Shown: positions 1 to 10,600 of the stretch, one piece after another
How positions within the stretch are numbered: the first letter of the stretch is position 1
Layout of the letters: the number at the start of each line of letters is the position of its first letter
Origin: a virus
Length of the DNA stretch: 64,000 nucleotides
Virus record (IMG/VR): IMGVR_UViG_3300045918_000157
Span: 22,400-86,399 of that record
Direction: 5' to 3' (one strand)
Translations under genes and position numbers: made by a program
Notes under the pieces: generated by a model
Seen by the model: the letters and a program-made list of their open reading frames with translations, nothing else
Told to the model about the DNA's origin: nothing
The model's database searches: none

Positions 1-3000
1 ATATGCCATAGAGTCAGTGAGGATTGAAGACTCTCTAGTAGGCTCATTTGAGGATATTAGCTATGAGGTTAAAGGTCCGGGTGAGGCTGTAACGCTGTTT
101 CCTGTTAATGTAGTTAGTAGTATTGAAGTTGCTGGACAGCAGCTTACATGCTATGCTGGAGCATATACTGCGGCAGGGTTTGATGTAGTTGTCACAGCAA
201 TGGCTCACGGGCTTGCTACAGGCATGACAGTCTTCATAGACTTTTTAGTAGACTCTACTGCAGGCTATCTAGCTGGCGGAGAGTGGATAGAAGGACATAG
301 TGAGTCAACTGGCTCCGGTGATAATGACTATGCTTATTGGGTTGATGGCCATTTTAATCCAGTATACACAGTACCACCTGTAGTTGTAGCAGCTGATGGC
401 AGCTACATTGTTACTATATTAGATGCTGATAGGTTCTCTATTACGGCTTCGTCATCTGTAAATAGTAGTGGGGCCTGTAATATATCTCCGTGGATTGGAG
501 GGTTTATTGCATCGGCAGCTGATACCCTGACCAATTACTTAGGCTTTGATTTCATTTGCCCTAAGGGACTATATTACGCCAATGATGATGGTAGCCTTGG
601 GCAAGTGGCATTGCACGTACACGCACAGGCAAGACTAGTTGATAGCGCAACAGGTGCGCCAATATCAGGTGTATGGTTTGATGTCGTATCGAAGGTGTAC
701 GCAGGAGCAACTACAACACCACAAGCAAATTCGGAACGTGTGCAGGTAACGCAAGGTCGCTATCAAGTTCGTGCACGTAGGGTTGACGTTGAACAGACCT
801 CCACTCGATACGGTCACAGCGTAACGTGGGCAGGTCTTAGGTGCTATCTGCATGATACAAGAACGTTTGGAGATGTTACTGTAATAGCTATGCGTATGAA
901 GGCCAGTAATAATCTTAGCGCACAGGCATCTAGGAAAGTTAATGTTATTGCTACTAGGAAGTTACCTATATGGAATGGCAGTTCGTGGAGTGACTTGACG
1001 CCTACAACGTCGATAGCATGGGCATTGGCCTATGCTTGTAAGCAGGTAGGCATGACAGACCAACAAATTGATCTAGCAACTCTTCTTACACTGGATTCGG
1101 TATGGGCTGCACGCGGGGATCAATTTAATGCGCGCTTCGATAATTTCCTGAGCTTTTGGGAGGCTGTGACAAAAATAGCTCAAGCTGGACGCACTAAACC
1201 TTTTATGCAGGGGGGTGTTATACGGTTTAAGCGCGATCAAGCTCAAACACTGCCAGTTGCTATGTTCTCTATGCGGAATATATCAAAGGGAAGTTTCGCA
1301 ATAGACTACCTAATGCCGACTAATGAAACAGCAGACGCTGTTGATGTAAAGTATTTTGATCAATCTACATGGGCACAGGCAAAGGTACAAGCAAAACTTC
1401 CATCAAGCCTGTCAGTTAAGCCTGCTAAGGTAGAGCTTTTTGGAGTTACAGATAGGAATCATGCTCATAGAGAAGGCATGTACCAAGCTGCCAGCAATCG
1501 CTACCGTAGGAGGATGGTAAAGTTTGGCGCTGAGATGGATGGCTTTATCCCAAGTTACGGAGACTTGATTGCTATTCAGCATGATATGCCGGGTTGGGGT
1601 CAGAGTGGAGAATTGGCAGCAGTAAATACTGCAACTAACCTATTAAGGTACTCAGGCCAACTTGATAATCCTGTGTGGGAAAAGTCACTAGGTGCTGCAG
1701 TTACACCAAATGCAGCTATGGCGCAAGATGGAACTATGACGGCAGCGCTTGTAAACTTTAGTAGTTCGGCAAGCATATTAAGACAAGGAGTACCTACAAC
1801 TGCAGGTTTAACTTATACCTTATCTTTTTGGGCAAAGTCTGTTATAGGTGATCCCGGAATACTATGCGACTTTGGTGATGGGATGTCTGTTCCAGCGGTG
1901 CTATCCAGTAATTTGACAAATTTTAGTTTCACAAAAACTGCTACATCAAGTCCACATATTGATATAGCAATGAAAGGTGCTGCGCAAATTATCATATCTG
2001 GAGTACAACTTGAGTTAGGCTCTTTTGCGACACCGACTATTAAGACAGTTGATACGGCTGTTACACAACAGACTCTAACGTTAAGTGAAATTCCAGAGTG
2101 GGGAGAGGGTACGCATAATATCGCTTTACGTAGGCGAGATGGTACTGTGTCCGGCCCTTACACCGTTTTACCGTCTATTTATGACGGTCACCAAGTAATT
2201 ATCGGCGCTTCTGATTTTGTGCCGTACATAGGCGATAGTGAAGAGAGGACGCACTATGCGTTTGGTTGGGCTGAAACTTACCGTACCCGTGCGCTAATAT
2301 TATCCATAAAACCAGATGGTATACATAAAGTAAGCATTGAAGCTGTAGTTGAAGACGATAACGTGCATACAGCAGAGAGCGGGGTTATAGCTCCACCAAT
2401 GGTTACTAGCCAGCTTACAGGGTACACCAGTAAGCCAGTAGTGACTGGTCTTACCGCAAGATTTGCGTTTAACGTGAAGAATAAGGCAGTTATTACCTGG
2501 AACCCTAGCCCTTGGGCAGACCACTACCTTGTGGAGATGTCCGAGGGCAATGGAGCTTGGCAACGAGTTGGAGAAACTGGTGCAACCAATTTTGTAGCAA
2601 CAGCTGTCTACGGAAAAAATACTATTGTCAGGGTTGCTGCGGTAGGTATGGCTAAAGGTATGTGGTCGCAAACCACAATAACAGTTGTACGACCATTTGA
2701 TGTTATTAGCGCTTCCTATACAATTTTACCGACTGGTATTAAGCTAAAGTGGTCAGTGTGGCCGGAAGTCGCTACTTATGAAATTAGAGTTGGTGGAGAC
2801 TCATGGGAGACTGCTGTAAATGTTGCCAGTCTTCAGGCTTCCGAGTATATGTGGGCAATGCAACAAGCCGGAACACTGGTTATTAGGATTAAGGCTGTAG
2901 ATGTCAACGGAAACTATAGCAGTACATCACGAGATGTAAATGTTATTGTGCCAGCACCTTCTGCACCAGCTATGACTTATGAGCTAGCAGGGCCTGATGA

Positions 3001-4726
3001 AGTCCTTCGCTGGTCTATTCCAACTAGCGGCTTTTTGGTAGATAGGTATGAGATACGACACGGCGCAACATGGGCACTTGGTACATTGCTTAGCACTACA
3101 AAGTCAACATCTCATAGACGGAAGGCTGATTTTGGTGGTGATAGGATTTACTGGATTGCAGCTATAGACGTTATAGGTAACGTTGGTGCAGCAGGAACTG
3201 TCACTATCAGAATAGCAAGTCCCGGCTCTGTTCCAAATATGCGTGTAGATGTTATTGACAATAACGCTCTTATCTATTGGGGTACGCCGCTTACTGGAAG
3301 TCTTCCTATTGATAGGTATGAGGCTCGTAAGGGTGCTGCATGGGCTGATGCAGTTGTGATTGGCAGTAATGGAAATAGTACATTTACTACTGTTTTTGAA
3401 CAGCAGAGTGGTATTTACAACTACTGGATTACAGCTGTAGACAGCGCTGGCAACTTTGGCATACCCATATCAGTTCAGGCGATGATTAATCAGCCTCCTG
3501 ACTATGTTTTACGCGCTAGTATTGATAGCAATTTTGAGGGTGGTAATACTAATAGCCTTAGCTATACTGACAAGGCTTCTGACGTTACAGTGTTTAATGG
3601 GCTGCAAGCTACAAGAGCTATCGGTACTGGATATGGAAGTGTTAGAGGGGTTACTGGATTAAGCAATGTCAAAGACTATTGGGAAGTTACAGTACTTTCT
3701 GGTGCTGATATTCTTATTGGAATAGGAAAAGCAGCTGCTAATCTAAATATTTATGTTGGCCTTGACGAAAATGGTTATGGATATTGGAGCGCAGATGGAA
3801 CTTCTAGGTATGCAGGGGCCACTTCAGCACCGCTTGGTGAAGCATGGGGTATAGGAGATACTATTGGATTAGCTGTAGACCTCACACTCGGTGCAAATTC
3901 CATTGTTACATTCTTCAAGAATGGAACGCAGCAAGGGCCTTCTAAGATTGTTGGAGTAGGACCGTGGTTTCCAATGTTGTCACTACCGTCAGCTAGCGCC
4001 AATCTACTATGTAATTTTGGGGGTACTAAATTTGCCTATGCACCACCGACAGGGTATGATGGAAGAGTTAACGTTGTAGATGATGTCTCTAGTTTGCTGT
4101 TACCAATCAACACAACGGAGTCATGGAGTGAACACTATACTGTAAATGGGTTTGCTACGCCTGATGCACAGGTTGTAGCAGGCTTTCCAATATATATCAA
4201 CCCAAGCCTGACGATTGGTAGCTATACAGAGGTAATTGACTACGGTAGCAATTTACCGGCAACAAATGTAACTGTCCTACTAAGCTCTACAGTTATCTCT
4301 GGTACAGTTGGCATTAGTTGCACTATTAGCTACAAACTGCTATCGGGGGATGTGTGGATTGACGGCCCTGTTGGTGCTACTTCTATGTTGGCCACTAACT
4401 TCAGATACATTAAAGTTGCGTATACGTTTACTGCAACGGCGGGAGCCAACTTGCTCAGAGCTAATAGCTTAAGTATAAAGTTAAGCATTAAGCAACGTGG
4501 AGATAATGGTGCTGGCATAGCAGCTATTGGAGGTACTACGGTAAACTTTGGTTATCCGTTCTTATCGGCTGATACGCCAACAGTGCAGCCAAATGGCAGT
4601 GTACCACTGATTCCAGTAGTAATATATGCTGGTGGTGTAAGCCCAACTAGTTTTATAGTTAGACTTTATAATCTAGCTGGCACTGATGTCGGTGGTAGTT
4701 TCTCTTGGACTGTGAAAGGTTATTAA
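1..4726 (+). CDS. Tail tip / host-specificity protein (TipJ-like), 5' partial, with FN3-like repeats, a carbohydrate-binding-like insert and a SPRY insert
   Basis: Frame is open back to the window start (no stop before GTG 17). J-like motifs YQVRARR, VTVIAMRMKASNNLS, VIATRKLPIW, PTTSIAWALA, MFSMRNI; repeated W..P...DRYEIR FN3-like units. Confidence 0.88.
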   Translation, partial: YAIESVRIEDSLVGSFEDISYEVKGPGEAVTLFPVNVVSSIEVAGQQLTCYAGAYTAAGFDVVVTAMAHGLATGMTVFIDFLVDSTAGYLAGGEWIEGHSESTGSGDNDYAYWVDGHFNPVYTVPPVVVAADGSYIVTILDADRFSITASSSVNSSGACNISPWIGGFIASAADTLTNYLGFDFICPKGLYYANDDGSLGQVALHVHAQARLVDSATGAPISGVWFDVVSKVYAGATTTPQANSERVQVTQGRYQVRARRVDVEQTSTRYGHSVTWAGLRCYLHDTRTFGDVTVIAMRMKASNNLSAQASRKVNVIATRKLPIWNGSSWSDLTPTTSIAWALAYACKQVGMTDQQIDLATLLTLDSVWAARGDQFNARFDNFLSFWEAVTKIAQAGRTKPFMQGGVIRFKRDQAQTLPVAMFSMRNISKGSFAIDYLMPTNETADAVDVKYFDQSTWAQAKVQAKLPSSLSVKPAKVELFGVTDRNHAHREGMYQAASNRYRRRMVKFGAEMDGFIPSYGDLIAIQHDMPGWGQSGELAAVNTATNLLRYSGQLDNPVWEKSLGAAVTPNAAMAQDGTMTAALVNFSSSASILRQGVPTTAGLTYTLSFWAKSVIGDPGILCDFGDGMSVPAVLSSNLTNFSFTKTATSSPHIDIAMKGAAQIIISGVQLELGSFATPTIKTVDTAVTQQTLTLSEIPEWGEGTHNIALRRRDGTVSGPYTVLPSIYDGHQVIIGASDFVPYIGDSEERTHYAFGWAETYRTRALILSIKPDGIHKVSIEAVVEDDNVHTAESGVIAPPMVTSQLTGYTSKPVVTGLTARFAFNVKNKAVITWNPSPWADHYLVEMSEGNGAWQRVGETGATNFVATAVYGKNTIVRVAAVGMAKGMWSQTTITVVRPFDVISASYTILPTGIKLKWSVWPEVATYEIRVGGDSWETAVNVASLQASEYMWAMQQAGTLVIRIKAVDVNGNYSSTSRDVNVIVPAPSAPAMTYELAGPDEVLRWSIPTSGFLVDRYEIRHGATWALGTLLSTTKSTSHRRKADFGGDRIYWIAAIDVIGNVGAAGTVTIRIASPGSVPNMRVDVIDNNALIYWGTPLTGSLPIDRYEARKGAAWADAVVIGSNGNSTFTTVFEQQSGIYNYWITAVDSAGNFGIPISVQAMINQPPDYVLRASIDSNFEGGNTNSLSYTDKASDVTVFNGLQATRAIGTGYGSVRGVTGLSNVKDYWEVTVLSGADILIGIGKAAANLNIYVGLDENGYGYWSADGTSRYAGATSAPLGEAWGIGDTIGLAVDLTLGANSIVTFFKNGTQQGPSKIVGVGPWFPMLSLPSASANLLCNFGGTKFAYAPPTGYDGRVNVVDDVSSLLLPINTTESWSEHYTVNGFATPDAQVVAGFPIYINPSLTIGSYTEVIDYGSNLPATNVTVLLSSTVISGTVGISCTISYKLLSGDVWIDGPVGATSMLATNFRYIKVAYTFTATAGANLLRANSLSIKLSIKQRGDNGAGIAAIGGTTVNFGYPFLSADTPTVQPNGSVPLIPVVIYAGGVSPTSFIVRLYNLAGTDVGGSFSWTVKGY

Positions 4727-5797
4727 ATGTCAACCGACTTCCTCAAGCCTATAATTTCTGATAACTATGCACTGTTGTTACCAGCGCTTAATACTACGCT
4801 TAATGAAATAGCAAAAGGGTTCGACCCTTCGACTACAGGTACAAAGATCAATACACCCACAGGATGTATTCAGTGGAACTCTGCTGCAAAAAAGTGGCAG
4901 AAATATAACGGCATAAGTTGGGCTGATTTAGAAGCACTATACTCTATAAATATTAGTGGGAATGCAGCTACAGCCAGTGTAGCAAAAGCAGCTACTTTGG
5001 GGTATTTTACGGCTGCGTCATTAGCTGAACCAAAGCTTGAGCTTCACAAGATTGGCGCAATTGCTGCTATGTGGCACATAGGTGCAGGAGACAAGATTGG
5101 TCTAGTACAGACAACAGGTAACGGTGTTGCAACTGGTGCAGATGTGATTACTATTGATGTCAATACTGGAGCTATTACAGCACCCTCTTTTATTGGGACT
5201 GCTTCTCAACTGAGTAGTACACAACAGGTTAATCCGATAATAGGGAAGTCGGCAGCAATTACTATGGCTCTTGGCGCTACAGCCGCTGGTAGTTTTACAG
5301 CTAGAAGTTCTGGTGCTGGCGATGGTAATTTAGCAGGTTATACGCTATACCACGACAGCTACGCTACCCACCTTGCAGTGCGTGGAGATGGATACGTAGG
5401 TATTGGTGGATGGTCGCGTGCAGCATGGTCTTGGTATACAGACCCCTCTGGTAATATGGTTGCAGCTGGCAATGTGACAGCCTATTCGGACCCTAGGCTT
5501 AAAGAGAACATAAGACCTATAGAAGACTCTGTACATAAACTATGCAAGCTGAATGGTGTACACTTTACGTGGAGAAAAAACATTCAGCATGTGGAAGCCA
5601 AGGCTGGAAAGCCTGACATTGGGATACTTGCTAATGACGTAGAGGCTGTGTTTCCAGAAATAGTAACAGAGTCAATTGCAATTGATGGTGAACGCTACAA
5701 GATGGTAGCTTATGAGAAATTGATACCAGTCCTGATTGAGGCGGTTAAAGAGCAGCAGAGGCAGATATTGCTACTTCAACAGTTGATAGGGTCTTGA
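4727..5797 (+). CDS. Tail fibre with C-terminal intramolecular chaperone (peptidase S74) domain
   Basis: GNVTAY|SDPRLKENIRPI autocleavage motif, GILANDVEAVFPEIV, VAYEKLIPVLIEAVKE followed by a coiled coil. Confidence 0.88.
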   Translation: MSTDFLKPIISDNYALLLPALNTTLNEIAKGFDPSTTGTKINTPTGCIQWNSAAKKWQKYNGISWADLEALYSINISGNAATASVAKAATLGYFTAASLAEPKLELHKIGAIAAMWHIGAGDKIGLVQTTGNGVATGADVITIDVNTGAITAPSFIGTASQLSSTQQVNPIIGKSAAITMALGATAAGSFTARSSGAGDGNLAGYTLYHDSYATHLAVRGDGYVGIGGWSRAAWSWYTDPSGNMVAAGNVTAYSDPRLKENIRPIEDSVHKLCKLNGVHFTWRKNIQHVEAKAGKPDIGILANDVEAVFPEIVTESIAIDGERYKMVAYEKLIPVLIEAVKEQQRQILLLQQLIGS

Positions 5798-5798
5798 T

Positions 5799-6263
5799 AT
5801 GGCTTTACCATCATACGGTACTATCTCTATTACTGATATAGCAGCTTACTTGGGAATAAGCGCTAATGGCCTAAATCTTAACGATAGTAGAGTACGGAAT
5901 TTAACCAGTAGGCCTTCAGGAATTATTAGCCTTAATGACTGCCGCTATCAGCCTATAAGTGTGAACTGGAACGGTGCATTTGAAGATAATCATCGAAGCT
6001 CGCAACGTACCTTTAATATCAGCTTTCAATGTTCAACTAGTGGTGGACGGATACCTTTGACGTATAGTTGGACATGGCAATCAAACCCTTCAGGCTTTTT
6101 ATTTACTGATAGAGAGTTTGGTAATGGCTCTATTGTATACACCTTTCCAGGCCCTGAACTACCATCTACAGAACATGCGTATGCGACGCTACGTTGTACT
6201 GCAAGCGATGGTATGACAAGTGGCTATACAGAGTGGTACTTCCATTTATACATTTATCCATAA
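5799..6263 (+). CDS. Small tail-fibre-associated adhesin-like protein
   Basis: MALPSYGTISITDI...LNDSRVRNL..SGIISLND N-terminus typical of proteins following S74 fibres; beta-rich C-terminus. Confidence 0.55.
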   Translation: MALPSYGTISITDIAAYLGISANGLNLNDSRVRNLTSRPSGIISLNDCRYQPISVNWNGAFEDNHRSSQRTFNISFQCSTSGGRIPLTYSWTWQSNPSGFLFTDREFGNGSIVYTFPGPELPSTEHAYATLRCTASDGMTSGYTEWYFHLYIYP

Positions 6264-6267
6264 GACG

Positions 6268-6747
6268 ATGTACGACCAACTAGATACTAACGGCCAAGTC
6301 GTAAGGGCTAACTTCCAACTTGGTATGTACGATACTCTACCAGAAGGGCACTCATGGGTAGAGCACGTAGATACGCTTGATATTGCAAGACAAGCAGCAT
6401 GGATTGGTGTTAAGGCAGAGCGTGAACGGTTATCTAATGACGGCGGTTATAAAGTTACAGTAAACGGCACTGTTAAATGGTTTCATTCAGATTCCACAAG
6501 TCAGAGACAGCAAATGAGTTTAGTTCTGTTAGGAGCCAATGTTCCAGCCGTACAGTGGAAAACTATGGATGGTAGTAAGGTGACAATGACACAAGCATTA
6601 GCTTCTCAAATATTTCAGGCCGGTGTTAGTCAAGGAATGGCTATCTTCGCTGCAGGTGAGGCACACTATAGCGCAATAAAACTATCACTGGACCCGGCTA
6701 GCTATGACTTTAGCAACGGATGGCCTGAAGTATACCTAGGGGTATAG
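6268..6747 (+). CDS. DUF4376-like tail fibre assembly protein
   Basis: GVKAERERL..GGY, WFHSD..SQ.QQ, VQWKTMDGS.V, YDFSNGWP motifs; start moved to ATG 6268. Confidence 0.7.
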   Translation: MYDQLDTNGQVVRANFQLGMYDTLPEGHSWVEHVDTLDIARQAAWIGVKAERERLSNDGGYKVTVNGTVKWFHSDSTSQRQQMSLVLLGANVPAVQWKTMDGSKVTMTQALASQIFQAGVSQGMAIFAAGEAHYSAIKLSLDPASYDFSNGWPEVYLGV

Positions 6748-6749
6748 CA

Positions 6750-7067
6750 GTGGCAAAACTAATAACTACAGTCGTAAAAACAGCCCCATTTCAGTTTAGC
6801 GCTAGTGTTGCAAAAGATGGACTACAGGTAGACCTAACTGGCTGGTCTATAAGCAGTCAGGTATGGACACCTGATGGAATTATAGCTGCTGCAGTAACAG
6901 CTACTATTCCAGATCAGGCTGTAAATAAGGGTAAATACACATTTCAAGCCGCTACTGCACAATGGCCAGATGGCAGTAGTCTATGGGATATGGTCTATCA
7001 GTATAGTGATGGAGTTGGAGGATGGGTAGTAGTCTATGACTTCACTACTGTTTGGCAGATATTTTAG
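6750..7067 (+). CDS. Small tail/baseplate protein (BppU N-terminal-like)
   Basis: VDLTGWSISSQV motif; tail-module context. Confidence 0.5.
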   Translation: MAKLITTVVKTAPFQFSASVAKDGLQVDLTGWSISSQVWTPDGIIAAAVTATIPDQAVNKGKYTFQAATAQWPDGSSLWDMVYQYSDGVGGWVVVYDFTTVWQIF

Positions 7068-7171
7068 CCTGCGTTGTCGATACCAATAGGCAGTATTACC
7101 AAGGTTGTTTGCTGTAATTTAAGCAGTAACATTTATAATCCGTGCCAAAGCACACCAAGGCGTACTTCATA

Positions 7172-7684
7172 ATGACACTCAAAACTGTGAAAGTCGAAGT
7201 AAAGCTCCTAGGCCCTGACTCAATCTCTATTGTCAACGCCTGCGTAGAGGCGTGCCTAAGTAACTACGAGATAGACAATGGTGTTATTGTGCCTGCGCTT
7301 GTTAAAGCATTTACAGATAGCACTGGTACGGTAACTTTGAACCTATGGCCGAATGCAAGAGGCAGCGCTTCGTCCAGCTACTCAGTTAAGGCAACTCGCT
7401 ACGCCAAACTGCTAGATGTAGTGATAGTCGTTCCAGACGTTGACTCATCCATACCTATTCCAATAGAGCAACTGATAAATGCAGAACCTTATCCAACTCT
7501 AGACGCATCTCAGATAGCCCTATTAGGCGTACAGGCTGCTGCCGCTGCCGCGCAGCAAAATCTAGACTCTTCCGTTATGGCTGCAATCGCGCAGTCAGGT
7601 GTAGCCCAAGCCTACATCAATAGTATAAATAACGTTCAAGAGTTACGAACCATGTTTATGTCATACATAGCGAGTCACCCATAA
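7172..7684 (+). CDS. Tail fibre N-terminal/adaptor-like protein
   Basis: TDSTGTVTLNLWPN..G...SSYSV motif; its TAA overlaps the ATG of the next gene. Confidence 0.55.
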   Translation: MTLKTVKVEVKLLGPDSISIVNACVEACLSNYEIDNGVIVPALVKAFTDSTGTVTLNLWPNARGSASSSYSVKATRYAKLLDVVIVVPDVDSSIPIPIEQLINAEPYPTLDASQIALLGVQAAAAAAQQNLDSSVMAAIAQSGVAQAYINSINNVQELRTMFMSYIASHP

Positions 7685-10600
7685 TGCCTACAGCAATTGA
7701 AAGCCTTACGGCACAAGTAAATGTCCTTGACACCAACACTACTGCGCTTCTTGCAGCAGTTAGTGATGTTAAGACCGACATAATCGCAAGGGTTGCCGAA
7801 GTTTTCGCTACTAATGCGTCAGCTGGTGATGCTGCTCGCAGTGCAGCTGCCGCTCTTATTTCCGCAGCTTTTGCCAGTACTGACAGAGGTTTAGCTTCTG
7901 CTAGTGCTGAGCAAGCTTTAAACAACGCTTCACAGGCACTGGCTATCTATGGCACAACGAATGCCATGAATGCAGCGCTGATTACGGCTGCGGCACAGAC
8001 ACAGCTTGCTCAAACTGCAGCAGTATCTGCTAGCTCGGTATTGCAGCAAGACCTGAGCGCTATCAGCACGGCACTGCATCGTTCGCCGAATCCTGTCACA
8101 GCGCTATTTATCTATGACACCAGTAGGGATAGCGATGGTGGTGCATGGGTGGAGCGTATGCAACATACGTCATGGATGAATGAGCCTTTGTGTGGTGCAT
8201 GGTTGACAGGTGGGTTTGCTTCGGAATTGCTAGCGCGTGGCGATAACCTGCTGCCGTATGCGGAGCAAATTGACAATGCAGCATGGATAAAAGGTGTAGG
8301 TGTATCAGTCATCGGCAATGTGCGTGACCCTATTGGGGGTTTGTCCGCACAGAAGATAGACTGGTCGAGCGCTGCGGTAAATGCAGGCTTTTCTAACAGT
8401 AATGGCAGTGTAGTTGTGCCTACAGGACAGCCGAATATTCGTTCAGTATGGCTGCGGTCTGACACGCCCGGCACCTTGATTATTGGCAACCCTTACTATG
8501 CCGCCGCTAACTTGACGGCCAACATCACGACAATTTGGCAAAAGTTTGAACTGATACAAACTCCAACAGCGACTTCCGACTCTATAGCTGTGCGTAAAGA
8601 TGCAGGGTCACCAGCCACTATTGAAATCTATGCACCGAAGTTAAACAGGGTCGGCGCTCTACCATCTACCTACTCAGCATCGCCTGAGCTTGTTAGTAAT
8701 GGTGGGTTTGATAGTGGGACGGTGGGGTGGACTGCAACAAACGGCGCAACGCTGGCATCAACTGTTAGTGAAATCACAGTCACAGCGGGAACAGCCGCGA
8801 ACGGCTCCGCCTCACAAGCCATTACTACAGTTATCGGGCAGGCTTACTCTATCAATGTAACCGCCAGAAAAGGCACCGCCACTGATGCCCGCCTGTGGGT
8901 AGGCACAACTGCGGGGGCTTTTAATATAGGGTCAGTCGCAGCGCCAACGACTACCAATACCGCACTACAGTTTGTTTTTGTCGCGACAGGGACGACGACT
9001 TATATCTCCCTTACAAGTTTCGGCGCTGTGATCGGCAATACGGCTTTTTTCTCTGCTGTTTCCTGTAAGCAGATCACCACTCTAGCCACTCCCTACGTCC
9101 CCTACAGCACCCAAGCTGGTAGCTACTACCAGTCCAGTGCAGACGGCAAGTTCTACAAACTGGGCGCTACCTACGGAACGCTAGTTGAGGTCTTCCGTGG
9201 CAACAAGGCCAAGTTTCCACGGCTTTCGGCTATTGTGGCCGAAGCCGGTAGTATCACTATATATGACCTGACAGAGAAGGGCTGTCCGATGTGGATGCGG
9301 TTCAAGACCATTGGCACAAGTGTGCAGGCTGCGATATTTTCAGGAACTATTGGTTCGGTGGCCGCTATTAACGGCTTGATGTGCGTTGGCGCGTCGAATG
9401 TCTCATTTGGTCTTTTTGTGCAGATCAATTTTGCCAAAGACACCACGGTAAGCAACAACGGGTCAACTACCGGCTACAACATTCAGGTGGTGTCTCTGAG
9501 AAACTCCACGGCGGGAATGATAGCGACACTTAACTATTTTCCAGCAGCTATCGCCTCGCGTGATGTAAACGCCGTCGCCATGACCGTGCTACCTGACGCC
9601 CCTATTGACATCGCTACCGGCTTGCAAGTTCCTACTATCGCTGTAGGGACACAAGGCGGAACTAGCATTATTCGGCATGATGGCACGATTATAAGTAGCG
9701 CTATTAACCCTACATCGGTAGCTTACACTGTATTTAGCCCTAGTGGGTTATGGGTAAGTCGCAACGCCAGTATAGGCTCTGCTTATTTTTACAGCAATGC
9801 TTCAATATCTGCTGGCGTAATTGCGTCACCAACTGGATTCCTTGGAGGTATTCCAATTCGTGATGGATGGGTCTTCAGACTAGCGGCAAGTAAATCTGTT
9901 ATAGGTCTTGGGTCTAGTAGCCCGGCACTACCTGAGCTTACCTTTGTGCGTACAGGCATTCAGAGCGTTGCGGCTCGGTTGCAGGCTACTATTGCAGATA
10001 GGTACAACACCGGCTACATGACAGGTGACATCCGCCGCTGCTACCTAGCCAATACTATTGTTGAGAGTATTAGCGCGACTGAGTTGGTTACTAATGGGAC
10101 GTTTGATGTTGATACGGCGGGGTGGACACTTATAAATACAGGAAGTGCAACAGCCACTGTTTCAGCAGGGGTGGTGACACTTAATCCTGTGGACATAGCT
10201 GGCATCGCACGCATTCGGCAACAAGTTAATGTGACGGTGGGAAAAGCATACAACATCACTTTCGTAGGACTATCGGAGAGCGGTTCACCGGCAACGGTGA
10301 CAGTTGGGACAGCTGCTGGTGGTGCTGAATACTTCACAGTGCCGTCAGTGAGCAACACTTCAACTTACTCCAAAGTTATTGTAGCTACCAGCGCTCAACT
10401 ATGGATTAGCTACTTTAAGGCGGGCACTGTACTCGGCATATATCAGGTAGACAGCGTTAGCGTCAAAGAAGTCATCGCAGACCGCTCCTACAAAGCAGCA
10501 GGCGCAAACATTTTCGGAACGCTAGTTAAAAGTGCAGTCGGTGTCGGGAGTCAGCTTGTTGCGTACAGCGGTTTTAGTCCTGCCAACTATGCTAGAGAGA

